Part shown: positions 1-12,597 of the stretch, piece after piece
Numbering within the stretch: position 1 is the stretch's first letter
Layout of the letters: each line of letters starts with the position of its first letter
NCBI GenBank assembly: GCA_028534125.1
Contig: CM052816.1
Location: 51,462,001 to 51,526,000 of the forward strand
Source of the DNA: Lama glama
Lineage: Eukaryota
Reading direction: 5' to 3'
DNA length: 64,000 nucleotides
Program-made: the position numbers and the translations under genes
Notes under the pieces: model-generated
What the model saw: the letters and a program-made list of their open reading frames with translations, nothing else
What the model was told of the DNA's origin: nothing
Databases searched by the model: none

Positions 1-715
1 TCCCCTTTCTCCCAGTTCTGCCTTCCCTAAGCCCAAAGAAGCACCCTGGCAATGGCAGAACCATTTCTGAGTAGACAGGGGCAAGGGAAAGGCTGGAAAG
101 GCTTCCACATACCAACCACCATCACATCTCCTAGGCGTAAGTCTCCTAAGTCAGGAAGAACCTGTGTAACTGGAAAGACTTCTGGGAACTCGTGGAAGCT
201 AGGGAAAGATAAGATAGTCGTAAGAATGGGCTTTTATTTTTGCATGTAAAGATAGTAGATACGTGAGAAGGTATTGTAGAAGCAAGTCATTTTCAGGAAC
301 TTTTCATCCTATTGCCTTTGAGCCTCCATTATGAACTGTTCAGCAAACCGACTCAGCCCTGTGCTTGAGGGGGACCTAGGTTTGGAATTCCTGGGGAGCT
401 GGAGGTCAGCAGGGAGCTGTTTGGTGGTGCAAAGCAGGGAAGCCTGCACGGGAGCCGGTCATGCTGTGCTGATCTTTTGGTCTGATACTTGTTTTTAGTT
501 TCACTTTCTTTTAATTATGGTCTCTCCATCTCTGACCTGAACAGCACCATTCTTCTGGTTTATTAGTTAATTTTAATGATAACAGCACATTACCATTAGA
601 GTGGCTTCTCAGGTCACAGTGTATTGCAGGGAGCAGATTGTTAATTAAATGGTAATGTTTTCTGAATTTGAAAGTAATTCCTAAAGTTAATAGTTATTAG
701 TTACCTTGAAATTGT

Positions 716-762
716 AAAAAAAAAAAAAAAAAACAACCCAAAAACAAAAAAACAAAAAAAAA
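716..762 (+). repeat. Poly(A)/(CAAAA)n tract
   Basis: A-run of about 18 followed by CAAAAA-type units. Confidence 0.85.
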
Positions 763-1466
763 CTTCAGTGTATAAAATCAGTACATAATTAGCATGCTGC
801 CCTCCAAGAAGCAGAGCACATCACATTCTGTCCAAAAGGAACAGCTTTGCTGATGAGGCACTGACATAGTTAAGAGAAACCATGAATCACAAGGGGCCAG
901 GAAAATGGTGCTGCCCAGCTCACATTCAGAAGCAGCATAATTTATGAAGCACTGAGGACAGTGGGAGGTAGGCTGTCAGAAATGCTAAGTTCTCTGTGGA
1001 ATTATTACATTCCCTTTGAAAGATTGGATGTCATTGAAACGAGGTAATCTGGGGAAGCTTGGAGTTTCTGTGCAACTGGGAAAAGTGCAAAGATACTTGG
1101 AAATGAAGCCAGATTTCTTCAGCCCTTTTCCCACTGGAAATCACGCCCAAGGTCTTATGAAAACAGACTTTCTTTTCAAACATCAAGAGGAAATACTTGG
1201 AGAAGGACACCCATGGCACCTGGAAACTTCCGGACCCACCGATACCAGCATGGTCAGAGCTCTGCAGAGACTGCATCAACTCTGCCTTTAAGATCTACGT
1301 TTTCTTTGTCCCTCAGCACACTCTTTTCAATTATTTAAGATCACATATTGTCTATGGGCCCAAGGGAAAGAGAGGATGTAAAAATTAACAATATATGTCG
1401 ATGACTTCAGCAAACTTATTATCAGTTATTACTTTTATTATTATTCCTTTTGATAAGTAATCATTT

Positions 1467-1655
1467 CTAACATTTATCATTGGCTGCTTACTGAAGTGCT
1501 GAAAACAGTGTTGAGGGCTTTGCATAGGTTATTTTATTTAATCGTGCCCTAAACATAAGAACCACCTTCAATTTTGAGATGGGGAAACTGAGGCTTAGAT
1601 GAAGCAACTTGCCCAAGATCACACAATTTATCAAAGGTGGAGCCTATATTCCAGT
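1467..1655 (-). mobile_element. MIR SINE
   Basis: Core gatggggaaactgaggcttagatgaagcaacttgcccaagatcacaca is the reverse complement of the MIR core. Confidence 0.8.
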
Positions 1656-3593
1656 CATTTCCTTTAGCTGTTATGAAGGCATTAAGTTTTAATCCAATAA
1701 AAAGATCAAGATGACTAAATCTACTTGACATTTTGGAAGGGAATGTGATTCACCTTGAAGGAGCACACTCTGGATTTTGGCATAGCAGACTGGCTGTTTC
1801 TTTTTGTCAAGTCATTTTTATACAATTCCCGTCCGGTCCATAACAGCTCTGTGGCATGTACTCTCTGAATATAGATGAAATCACTCTACTGTTAACATCT
1901 CAGTGGAATGTTCCCTCAACAAGAGAGAAAGTTTATTCCACTTTGGGAAGTGACATCTGCAAACTATTCCAAAACCACCTCTTACTACTTTCAGACCCTT
2001 TTAATCCTACCTGTTCATAGACTGCTTGTCCGTTAGAACTTGGACCATGAAGAGACTTCTCTTAAGGGGTTGTATTATTTCTCTCACACAGCCATTAATT
2101 TCCTTGGAGGTCCATTGTATTCACTATCCATTTCCATGAGGGCAGATGGTCCTGTTTCTTAGGTATTTATAAGAAATTTTATAATGGTTTCTATGGCAAC
2201 AGAGGATGAGAACTTTCCTTTAAGCCACTTAAAATGATAATTTGCCAGAACAAGTGTATACAATTTTGTTTACTACCCGGTCATTGAAAGTTCTAGGGTA
2301 ACTTGGTTGGCAGTTTGAAGAAACCTTTTACTCCTCACTTTTTGGCATCGGGCAGCTACCTGGTCAGAAAATTGATTTCCAGAAACATGAATGGCCACAG
2401 AGCAATTTTAGCAACAGTTTTAGCTGAACCTTTGTAGCAAACAATGCCATTTCTTGGGTACAGAGTGATTGGACTTCAGAATGAACCATCAGACCCACAG
2501 GCAAGCTTAGTACAGCAGGTAGGCCTACTTTCCAGGCTAGGAGTTAAGCTTCTGAATCACATAGCAGAAATAAGCCCCTCCCATTATGTAAGCTACTGGA
2601 ATAAATACACGTCCCTCACAAGGGAAGCCTTATGACTCCCCTCAGCCCAACAGATGGTTATAAGGATGTAGTGCAGTTTTAGGGAAGGAGAACCGGCTTC
2701 AGACCCACCAGAGCTGCATTCAAATCCTAGCCTTAGTTGTGTAGCCCTGAGAGAGTGACATGTGTGCTTCAAGGCTCTTTCTCTGACTGGAAATTAAAGA
2801 CATTAATGTCTCCATTGGCAGGGTGTTTTAAGGATTAGAAATAATGTGTATGCAATCTGGGCCCCTGTGTTCCTATCTTGGAGAAGAAAACGGCGGCTAG
2901 GAGCAGATAGAAGCAAATGAAATCCTTTACCTGGGCTTCTCAGAGCACAAAGGTGGTCCTATTTGTAATCTTAAATAGCGCTCCCTCGTATACCACCCGC
3001 CCCCACTTCTCTCCAAAGTCCTGCCTTTCTCTCCCTCTTCCTCCCACCTCATTGGTCCTGTTTCTCTGGCTCCCAGTCTCTCAATGCTGTATCACAAATG
3101 TCCGGGAAACTGGCAAAAGTCTGAATCCCCTCAGAGGGCAGAGAACAGAAACCATAGAGCAAAAGCCAGCGTTCTCTTTAGATGGCAGCTGAGGTGTGGC
3201 CAGTGCTGCGAACACACAGAATAAAAAGGTTTGCTCTGTCTGATACATGTAACACTCAACTCAGTGCCTGGAACCTAATAGATGCTCAGTAAAAATGATT
3301 CTAGATTAAGGAGAATGTAAAATATGCCAGATACGTATCTTGTGTGTGCGGGGTGTAGGGCACAATAATGATTAAGATAAGAGCCCTGCCTCAAGGAGTG
3401 CACAGTGTAGAAGTTATTCTTGAATTTAGGTGACAGAAGCAGCCATATCATCATTAAAACAATGAACATGCACTCGGTTATTTCCATCAAATACCCTAGG
3501 CATAGTAAAACATCTACATGGCATGGAAGAAAAATTAATGTGTTCGTTGTATTCCAGAGAACTAATTTCAAAATGTCCAGGCAACATTTCTTA

Positions 3594-3642
3594 AAATAAA
3601 ACAAAACAAAACAAACAAACAAACAAATAAAAAAACCAAAAC
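3594..3642 (+). repeat. (AAAAC)n/(AAAC)n microsatellite
   Basis: acaaaacaaaacaaacaaacaaacaaat... Confidence 0.85.
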
Positions 3643-3919
3643 AACTTAACCAAAGCAAGTTATTTAAGATAAACACTTTCTACTTTTATATTTAACCATA
3701 AATGCTGTTTGTGGGTTGTAGGATAACTGAAGTACTATCAATATGCATAAATTATGCTTTTTATCAGTTATGTCGTCCATTCTTGGATTAGAATGATAAA
3801 TACATATTATTTCATTCATTAATTCCTTGCTTCTTTCATCTTCTGATGCCACCCTATCCTAGCCCTAAATTGGTGGTGGAGTCTAAAATCATCTAGTTAT
3901 TAACCGCATTTTGCAGCAA

Positions 3920-4105
3920 ATTAACTTTTAGCATCTGTTAAATGGGGTTACATTTGACATCATCTACCTTGAGATCATGAGATTGTTGCAAGGGTTAAAT
4001 GCAATAATGTATCTCTAGCACTTAACACAGAGTCGGGCACATTGTGGCCAACATTTAACAAATGATTGTTGTTATTATTGCCACTACTGTCATTATTGTT
4101 TATTA
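3920..4105 (+). mobile_element. MIR SINE (3' half)
   Basis: catctgttaaatgggg...gattgttgcaagggttaaatg...gcacttaacacagagtcgggcacat...ttattatt resembles the MIR 3' end. Confidence 0.7.
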
Positions 4106-5719
4106 TTTTTGTCGTGCCAATATATTATAGGGGCTGGATTCTTTGAGGTACAAACAGGAAATAGCCTTATTTTTAAATTTCAGTGCCTTGAAACATGCTC
4201 TGTTTTATCTCCCTTTCCTACCCCTAGATGATACCTCCGACAGATTCTGTGTTTTTCCCGTTACCTCATGATATTAGACAACAGTCTCACTTTCAAAATT
4301 TAAGAAGTCTAGTCCAATTTAAAGCGAAACTTTCATTTCCTATCTAGTTTAAAGCTTCTCCCCACCCCCTAGCTCAGCCTGGCCAGGGAGCCCACAGATC
4401 AGTGGAGGGAGCAACACAGAGTCTGTTCCTTGGTCCCCCTTGCTTGTCACCTGCTCTGGCTCCTCCAGGTGGAGTGTGCAGTGGGGGGTGGGGCAGGGGT
4501 GGTGGTGGTGAAGGGAGTGGAGGGACCAGAGGAGATGGTAGCTGCTGCTCCTTATACTTCTTTCTTGGTTCTCTCTTGATGGACTCTCTCTTGGTCCTAG
4601 CAACTGTCCAACGCTGGCCCTTTCTTTTAAGGAGCATTTTTGTGGGTTCTTCTGAGACTCTGACCCCTCCACCTCCCTGCTGTCGAGAATGTCAAAACCT
4701 TCTCTGCTCTCCCAAGAAAGTGATACTCGGGTCCAGCATGCAGCCGTGGAACCCAGCTACTTCCCGTGCTATTTGGCTTATGAGAAATTTACCCCACTTT
4801 GTGCTATCAAATTCTGGAAGCCAGCCTTTCCAGGTGAGAGTCAGGCATCAGCCTCCCTGTTCCCCAGACTCCAGGGAATTTGTGATTTGAGAAGAGAGAA
4901 AAACTGTAGCACTTTCCACTTACATCTCAGATTCTTCTTTTAATGATTCACTAACTTCTCTTATGTAGGATGGGAACATAATTGAATGGACAAAGAACCA
5001 GTTTGCAAGTCCTGGATGGATGTGTGTAGCAACTGTCTTTAGAATGTGTGGACTCTTATTGCCTATTGTCCTCAGCTGGGGTGCTTTGGCGGAAACTCTG
5101 AGACAACAGGAAAAGCCCCATCTAGCATCCTGTTACAATTTTATTATGCCTGAACTTTTACAACAGTCTTGTAATTGGTTTTCCTGCCGCCTATTACCCA
5201 CTATTTCATTCCATCCCATACCTACCTGCTAGATTCATCTTTCTCAAAAAACACTGAGTCTTGTCATTTTTCTTTTCAGTCTATCACTGTGGCTTCTGCA
5301 GATTGGCTACCATCCCAACAGCCCTTTCAAAAACAAAAGAAAAAGCCTAGGGTCCCCAAATTGAATGTAATCCCAGAAGATTAAGCCAGATATCACAGTA
5401 GTAGAGTTTCTGAGAGTCCCCAAATCTCCTGTGACGCTGGTTTGCTTCCAACTGCTTATTATGTCAAATAAACTCCCCAGGCTACAAACATAAACTCCAC
5501 TAATTCAATGAGGTATTTACACTATGATCAGAGATCCCTGAGGCACTAGAAAGTATGTCTTTAATATACAATTCCAGCTTCATCGTTTCATCAAACTCCT
5601 CTAAATTTTGAGGTGTTGCCCACTGGCTGAACTTTACCCAGATCACTGAGAGCTGATTTCTCCAACAGCCACACTCTGTCTACATCAAGGAAGTACAAAA
5701 TATGAATTCTAGAGACCTA

Positions 5720-5885
5720 GAATTTTGGAACCCAGAGAATATCTAATTCAACTGTTTGTTTTACCCATGACAAAATCGTGATTCAGAGATGTTGTAACTT
5801 GCCCAGAGTCACCAGGCCATTTGAAGCTATGACCAGAATCAGTAGCCAGGTGTCCTGATTCCCAGAGTCAGGCTGATTGCACCAC
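5720..5885 (-). mobile_element. MIR SINE (degenerate)
   Basis: cagagatgttgtaacttgcccagagtcacc...ccaggtgtcctgattcccag. Confidence 0.6.
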
Positions 5886-6562
5886 CCCAGGTGATAGCTC
5901 GCCAGTTGGTTTCATTTCTTTGTAAATGTTGTCTGATTAGTCCCTATGCTGCAGAAGTTCACCCACCTGTAACGGAAAGGGAATGTTCTTTCTAAAATTG
6001 GCATTAAAGCCTTCTCTCAGAGCATGGAGGGAGAAGAAAGTTATTACTATTAGAAAGAAGTAAAATGGACTGCAGACACAGAATTTGTCTCCAAAGATGC
6101 AGATAGATCTTTTTGGTAATAAAAGGGAAGGCCCAAGACGTATCCTGAATGGAAAAGGTTGAGACAAAAATTAGCTAATTTGTTTAAATCATAAAGTAAG
6201 AGGAATTTTTCCATTTCCAGTGAGAAATCGGAGGAAGGTATTTTGGCAAGTCCAGGACTTGGAGAAGAGAGAATAAGGGGGAGAAAAGATCTCTGGAGAT
6301 GGGGAAAGTGGCAGACCAGAAGGGAAAATGACTGAAAAGAAACTCCCTGTGGCCAAAAATTTTAGCAGCAAAGAAGTTTTATAATCGAATGTACTGTACT
6401 CTGATCACCCTTCATAATCCACAAATCTTCTGTAAAAGTTCATTATGCATAAAACTGAGTGTTGGGGTGCCTTGAAGAATAAAGGATGAGGCCACTGGCC
6501 CATGCCTGGGGTAAAGGGGACAGGGGAGAGGAACAAAATCATGCAAGCGCCTGCTAGGTTGC

Positions 6563-6875
6563 TGTGGTAAACAGAATAATAGCCCTGCAAAGATGTCCTA
6601 ATCCCAGGAAACTGTGAATGTGTTGCTTATGTGGCAAAGGAGGATTTTGGTCACTAATCAAGGAGGATCTCCTGGATTACTCAGGTAGACCCAATATAAT
6701 CACAAAGGGCCTTCAAAGTGGAAGAAAGAGGCAAAAGAGGAGGTCAGAGTGATGCAACGTGGGAAGGTCTTCACCTAACATTAATGTTCTTCAAAATGGA
6801 GGAAGGGGCCCATGAGCCAAGGAATGTGAGTGGCCTCTAGAAGCTGGAAAAGACAAGGAGGGCAACTCTCCCCTC
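6563..6875 (+). mobile_element. MaLR LTR, MLT1D-like (3'-truncated)
   Basis: Starts tgtggtaaacagaataatagccc...aaagatgtcc...taatccc; contains ggaggaaggggcccatgagccaaggaatgtgagtggcctctagaagctggaaaag, typical of MLT1D. Confidence 0.8.
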
Positions 6876-7119
6876 ACCATCCACATGCCCCTAGCCCATC
6901 AGCCTGGTCTGGTCTCAGAGTTCCCCAGCATCACTCCCAAACTGTACTGTTAGTTTCTTTATCCTTCAGTGTCTGACTCTGCTTTATGTCCCGACATCCA
7001 TCACTGATTTTAGGCCCAGACTGATATCACAGGAATGATCACCAGCGTCTGTCTCACATTCAGAGTAATCCCCAATCTCAGAGCAGGAGAGATGCTTCTA
7101 ACATCTCAACTGGCAACTC

Positions 7120-7400
7120 AGCAATTTTCAGAACATGTTTTGGGGAACTCCAGTTTGGGGTGTTAATATCTGTTACTCAATAAAAGGGTTTCAAAGTCAA
7201 AGAAGGTTGATGAATTCTCAATGGAACAATTTTAAGCAATTTTCTTTCCTGCAGAACTTCTTAAAGCCTTTAATATGCAAATGCACATTATGAATCTCTG
7301 AGTGGGATATATGATATGCAGTGTTTCCCAAACTTATTTGACCTTGGAATTTTTCCCTTGAAACTTTCTTGAAAGAATATTCTTCTGTGTAACATATTTT
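7120..7400. mobile_element. hAT-Charlie-like non-autonomous DNA transposon remnant
   Basis: gcagaacttcttaaagcctttaatatgcaaatg...gcagtgtttcccaaacttatttgacc resembles Charlie-family MER elements; subfamily not assigned. Confidence 0.5.
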
Positions 7401-7525
7401 GTGTTAAAGTAATGCACTTAAATCTTGTGGGTCAGGCTTAAGTTCTTGTGAATTGACACAGGGATATAGGTGTTAGTGTTCTGGTGGGACAATGCATTCT
7501 AAGTTCTACAACTTCATTTTTGGAA

Positions 7526-7599
7526 CCCAGTAGGTTGTGAAGTGGACAACTGCGTGTAAGATCCCAGTATATTGTGAAGTGGACAACTGCATGTAAGAA
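7526..7599. repeat. 37-bp tandem duplication (2 copies, 4 mismatches)
   Basis: cccagtaggttgtgaagtggacaactgcgtgtaagat / cccagtatattgtgaagtggacaactgcatgtaagaa. Confidence 0.9.
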
Positions 7600-7644
7600 C
7601 TGTGTGATGCCCAGAAAGCAGAGGCACATGACCAAGTAGAAAGT

Positions 7645-7878
7645 ACCTGGGACCGCTAGGTCAGAAGAACTAGTATCTAGTCTAAATTTTAGCATTACTA
7701 GCTGGATATTCCTGAGCAACACTCAGCATTTTGTCCTCAGTTTCTTCATCTATAAAGCTGAGTGCTTAATCACAATATTAAAAGAAAAATAAATAATAAC
7801 TGCTTAAAATAGTTCACAGGAATTTCAGGAGTTTCTAATGAGATGATGACATGAGAGCACTTCAAAAATAGTAAGGCT
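7645..7878 (+). mobile_element. MIR SINE
   Basis: ttactagctgg...cctcagtttcttcatctataaa...aatgagatgatgacatgagagcactt. Confidence 0.65.
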
Positions 7879-8353
7879 TTTCTTAGTAGGTATATATAAA
7901 AATACCATATTATTTCTTAATTAACTTGGTTTTGCAATTGGAACAAGGATTCAAACCCACAGATATCCTTCAGACCTTATTTATTTTTTGCAAAACATTT
8001 CAATCCAAATTATTTTCCCCAACACTGGTAATAAAGAATAATTTATAAATTACAGTCTTACTTCAGTTCTCTTCCTAGATCTTCTCTCTGGTGGAGAAAC
8101 AGTGCAGTGTCCAAGACAAAGATGCAATCAAGGGAGGGCAGTGGAAGCCTGACATTTAATAAACTGGGTAATCAGGATGAGGTAGGTCATGGTCACATTT
8201 GAGCTTCAGGCGGAACCTGATTGATTTGTAAGCAGTGTAGTTGGAGGCAAATTTCATGCTCAGATTTTCAGACAACTTTCGATCTAGTTATTAGCTGACA
8301 CTTAGTATTCCCACTGGCAAAACCTGAGAGTATCCTCTGCTGACAAAGCCTAA

Positions 8354-8389
8354 AAGGTCATCGGTGACACCAAGGTCATCGGTGACACC
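8354..8389. repeat. Perfect 18-bp tandem duplication (aaggtcatcggtgacacc)x2
   Basis: Read directly: 8354-8371 = 8372-8389. Confidence 0.95.
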
Positions 8390-8772
8390 AGGAGTGTTTC
8401 ATTTCACAAAAAAGCAGGAAATATCAGTTCCCACCCTTCTGCATTGTCCATCTTATGTGATGGACACATGAGAGCACATCAGTGGGTCATGGGCAACAGC
8501 AACATGGGTCTGTTTCTTGGCCCTTTCAGCTCCAAGACCATAGTTACCTATTAAATTATGTCACAACATTTCAGATATTCTTGGGCAATATTCAACTTCT
8601 TTGGTTCAGGAACTGACTTAGAAGAGGGGGACTCTAAGTAACCTGTTAAAGTATCACTTATCTTAAAGATAAATATGTTGAGCCTGGATCAGCAATTAAA
8701 TTTAGTATCTTGCTCTATTTGTTTGAAAATGGAACCTGTAGCAAAAGTGGGTGTGCCATACTGACAAGTGTG

Positions 8773-8905
8773 TTTTATTTATTTATTTATTTGGTGGGAG
8801 GAGGTAATTAGGTTTATTTGTTTTCAACTGGCAGAACTGAGGATTGAACCCAGGACCTTATGCATATTAAGCATTTACTCTACCACTGAGCTATAGCCTC
8901 TTCCC
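8773..8905 (-). mobile_element. tRNA-derived SINE, camelid Vic-1-like
   Basis: Minus strand reads gggaagaggctaTAGCTCAGTGGtagag...cctgGGTTCAATCCtcag...aataaacctaattacctcc...(aaat)n: Pol III A and B boxes plus an A-rich tail. Confidence 0.8.
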
Positions 8906-11900
8906 GGCAAATACAAGTCTAATTTTAAGGCAATCTCCACTGTTTATTATCTAGGAAGGTGAATTATACAGACAAGGATGAATAAGGAGGGGCACTGCCT
9001 TATCATCAAATATGTATTTGAGTTTAGTGGCTACTTGGGGAAGGAGAATTTCTCTGTGGATAACACGTAGTAGCATCTAAGTTAGAGACATTTCTTCAAA
9101 TCATCTGGTTGCTTTCTCTTACCAGAAACTGTACTTTGAATATTTCTTTCTTTTTTTACTTTTATCATACGATGTGAAGAGAGTGACATTTCATGAATAA
9201 GCATGGTTGACAGGGACTCTTTCCCAGTTGTCTTATTTATATATTACCTCTATTTGTTATCTTTCTTCTTCAACAAAAGATCTCAAAGCATATTATACAA
9301 ATTCATTAATGTGAATACATGGTAAACCACTTGTTTGCCGCTTCATAGGTATGATTACTCTTGGTTTTACCCAAAGTGATTCAGCATCAAAGAATGATAA
9401 CAGGACCCAGTACCCCTTATTTCTCTGCTTTGACCATTAGCACGTGGCCCCAGTTCTAGGCATTAGACTGAATTTTCCAACATTGGATTGATTAGCGCAC
9501 GTTCTTTGTTGTGGTTAAGGAAGGGACGGTAATAAAACAGAGAAACAAGATGGAGAAGCGTTGAGGGAAACAGGCGATTTCATCTTTCGAAGATAAAGTT
9601 CTGCGGAAGGAAGCGTCTCGGTGCTCGTTAAGAACACAAGCCTCCACACATGCACGGAAGAGTGGGGAGCAAAAGGAATTTCAATGACTTTTTCATGAAA
9701 TCTGACCCAGAGTTGAACAAAGAGAATTCTAAAGCTTTTGCATATGCCATTTTGGGGGCCGGGTGGGGTGGGTAGGAACATCAATCTTTTCCCCCTTACT
9801 CTGGTGTTGCTGGAACAAAAAGAATTATTGAAATTGAACTTGTTCAGGTTTTTTAAAATCAAGATGTCAGCAAATAGAAGCACTAGTCTAGTTACAACAA
9901 GAGACTGTTGTTTATGGAATAAAACTAATCCTGTTTCTTTTTTTTTTTTTTAAGCTCTACAAAGAACACATTGTTTATTCTGGTGTAAAAACGTCATGTA
10001 AAGAAGCTCTCTGTCAGGTACTCTATTTTTATTTACTTGTTTCATAACTCAATTATAACGTCCCCCTCTGTCTAATAATTAGCATATGCATAGTAACAAG
10101 GCTTGAAAACCTGTTCTTTTCCCCACTGTGTGTAGTTATATTTCCAAATTGTTACGGAGACCTGGCTGTGCCTGTGTAGGTGAGTCTTTCCCTGCTGCTC
10201 TGGCAGTTTGCCCCTGTGCAGCAGTGGAGGGTCAGCTCCTGGAGAAAGGCCCAGTCAGAGGCCTGAGCGGGGACTTCCTGCCTTCTGGAACAGTATGGAG
10301 CACAGGGAAAGATGTCAGCAAGAAACACGCAAATGACTCCTCTCCAGCTCCCCAAGGGGAAGACCAGTATCTCCCCCAGTTCTGAGACTGGGGAAACTTC
10401 ACAGGCACTCCCAGTCACTCGATGCATAAGTTTTAAGCTCTGTATTTTGTTGCCTTTCCTGCTGAGGTTTCTGTGGCCACTTACCTACCACCTTTTGAAC
10501 ACCCTTTCTATGTTTGAGGAATTCCCCGCAGCATGAGTCCTGCCTTCCCATTGTATAAGCCCCGAGTACATTTTCCCAGCTTTTAAAGCAAAGGTGCAAA
10601 TGTGGGACCTGGGTTCTGCCAACCCTCCTTGCTTGTAGGAGAAACTGTTTACGAAGAGAACAATGAGAGAGGAAGTAGGTGCCTCACAGAATCCATTTTC
10701 TGGCAAAAGTGGCAGCTGAGGCTTTTGGCTTTGGGGGAAGATGGTGGTGGAGGTTCCAGCATCGGGTGTCTAGTGTTAACAGTGTTCACTGAAGGGGTTG
10801 GGGGTGCAGGGGTCTTCCTGCGGCCGTTGTGATGCATGCAGTGCCTAAGACCAAGATTTTCTTTGCAATAACAAAAAATATTTAAAGGTATCTAATTGTT
10901 CATTAGATACATACACTCTGAAAATCAAAGCATTTAACTTGCTTCACTGAAATTTTTAAAAAGTTACTAAGATAACTTTTAAGTGTATTTTTTTTTAGCC
11001 AATAATATAGTTTGTGATAAATAAGCTCAAAGACCAAGTGTTTGTGGGAAACTGGTGTGGCATGTTTACCCTTCAGGTATTTTGGGGGTACATGTGAGTT
11101 TATATTTAGTTTGGATATCATCATTTACCCAGTTTTGAGCTAACTTCTCTCTCTTCCTCCACTCTCTCCTCACATCTGTGTTATTGTACTAATCTGAGTT
11201 TTGGGGGATGGAAAGAGGTTCTCTGGTGCCCAGCATGACATCTATGCAGGAATGCGGAACCCCATTAGTTGGGTTGGGCAGAGGGGTTACAATGGGACTA
11301 CAGTAAACCTAGTGAAAGAGGAGCAGAACACCCCATTCAAATCAGTGAAAAATACATTTTTTGAAGTAAACGCTATTTTGTTATTTCACAAATAATTTGC
11401 ATAATATAAGAAAAACGGTATTTGTTAAACATAGGTCAATTTGATTAAAAATACAAGTTATTATGGGCCCATGGTAATGAATCATGATCATCCTTGATAC
11501 TACGGTAGGCTCCTTCTTTTCAGGGAAAAAAAATCATGAAATGTTTTCTCAGGCAGAATGACACACAACAACTGTATGGTTGTAACACTATAAATTTATG
11601 GGATCTAAATCAATGAGTTTTAACCATAGAGATAAATTCTGAGGGATGAGGAATTGATGAAATCAGTACCTAGTGCTAAGTTACAGGACTCACATTTGGA
11701 GATCTTCACTATTTTCTGCCCTTCCCTCCACCACGATACTGAAAAAGACTGATATTCTGAACTCTGATGATCCATCCTTTCCTTAGTTTAGTTTCCTTTC
11801 CTATTGGTTTAAAATTGTCTCCCCTTCCATCCTGTACCTTGTGTAGTAATTTCTACAAGACAGTGTTCCTGTTATGAGTACTGTTCAATTATTCGTGATT

Positions 11901-12318
11901 GAAACAAAGAGAATTCAAATGTTTCGACAGAGGTTCCTCAGATGAGGCTGTAACTGACCGGACAGAGATAGGAAGTCAGTTTTTCTCTGATGTTCGGTCG
12001 TCATCTAGTTCTATGAAGCTACATGATTACTTTGTGTGTTATAGTAATTCTGTGATTTCTATTATACACACTCAGAAAGGGAAAGAACAATCAATATTTC
12101 TTTCTGCTTTTCTTTTAATTCCCACCAGTATTTTATTATTAATAAATGATTTTGAACTCCATTTTGAATTATTTTTTCAATACCATTTTGGCATTTCTAT
12201 AATTCTGAACATAGCAATTCTAAGGGTAGGCGATACAGTCATGTGGCTGGAGTGGTGTAGATTTAGTTCTACCAAGGCCAGGAAGATAGCCTGGTTCTGT
12301 CTTTGAGCTCCATCCAAA

Positions 12319-12597
12319 TGTTGGTGTGCAGGTGTGGGAGACACAGAGATGCCCTTTCAAAGGACACACAACCCAGCTGTGGGGAGCGTCAGCATCTTCA
12401 GGGTCACCTCAGCTGCTAAGGACAACATCTCCAGAGATCATGCCCTCTGAGGCAGCTCATATCCAATGAGTGAGACTAGGGTATAAAAATCAGGCCATTT
12501 TGGCAGGACAGAGAACACTCTGATGGGTAATATTTGCTCCAGAGATCTCTGCCAGAATGGCTGAGGCCTTATGAGGCCTGCATTGGGGTTGACTTCT
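12319..12597 (+). mobile_element. ERVL LTR16-like fragment
   Basis: tcttcagggtcacctcagctg...gcagctcatatccaatga...ggtataaaaatcaggccattttgg...gctccagagatct...ggctgaggcctt...ctgcat matches the LTR16A/B layout. Confidence 0.7.

Noticed and set aside
716..762. Poly(A) as the tail of a processed pseudogene
   Set aside because: No recognisable upstream mRNA-like sequence, canonical poly(A) signal or target-site duplication.
4349..4943. Cluster of ORFs up to 162 aa
   Set aside because: No similarity to a protein I know, no consistent exon structure; driven by a local G-rich patch.
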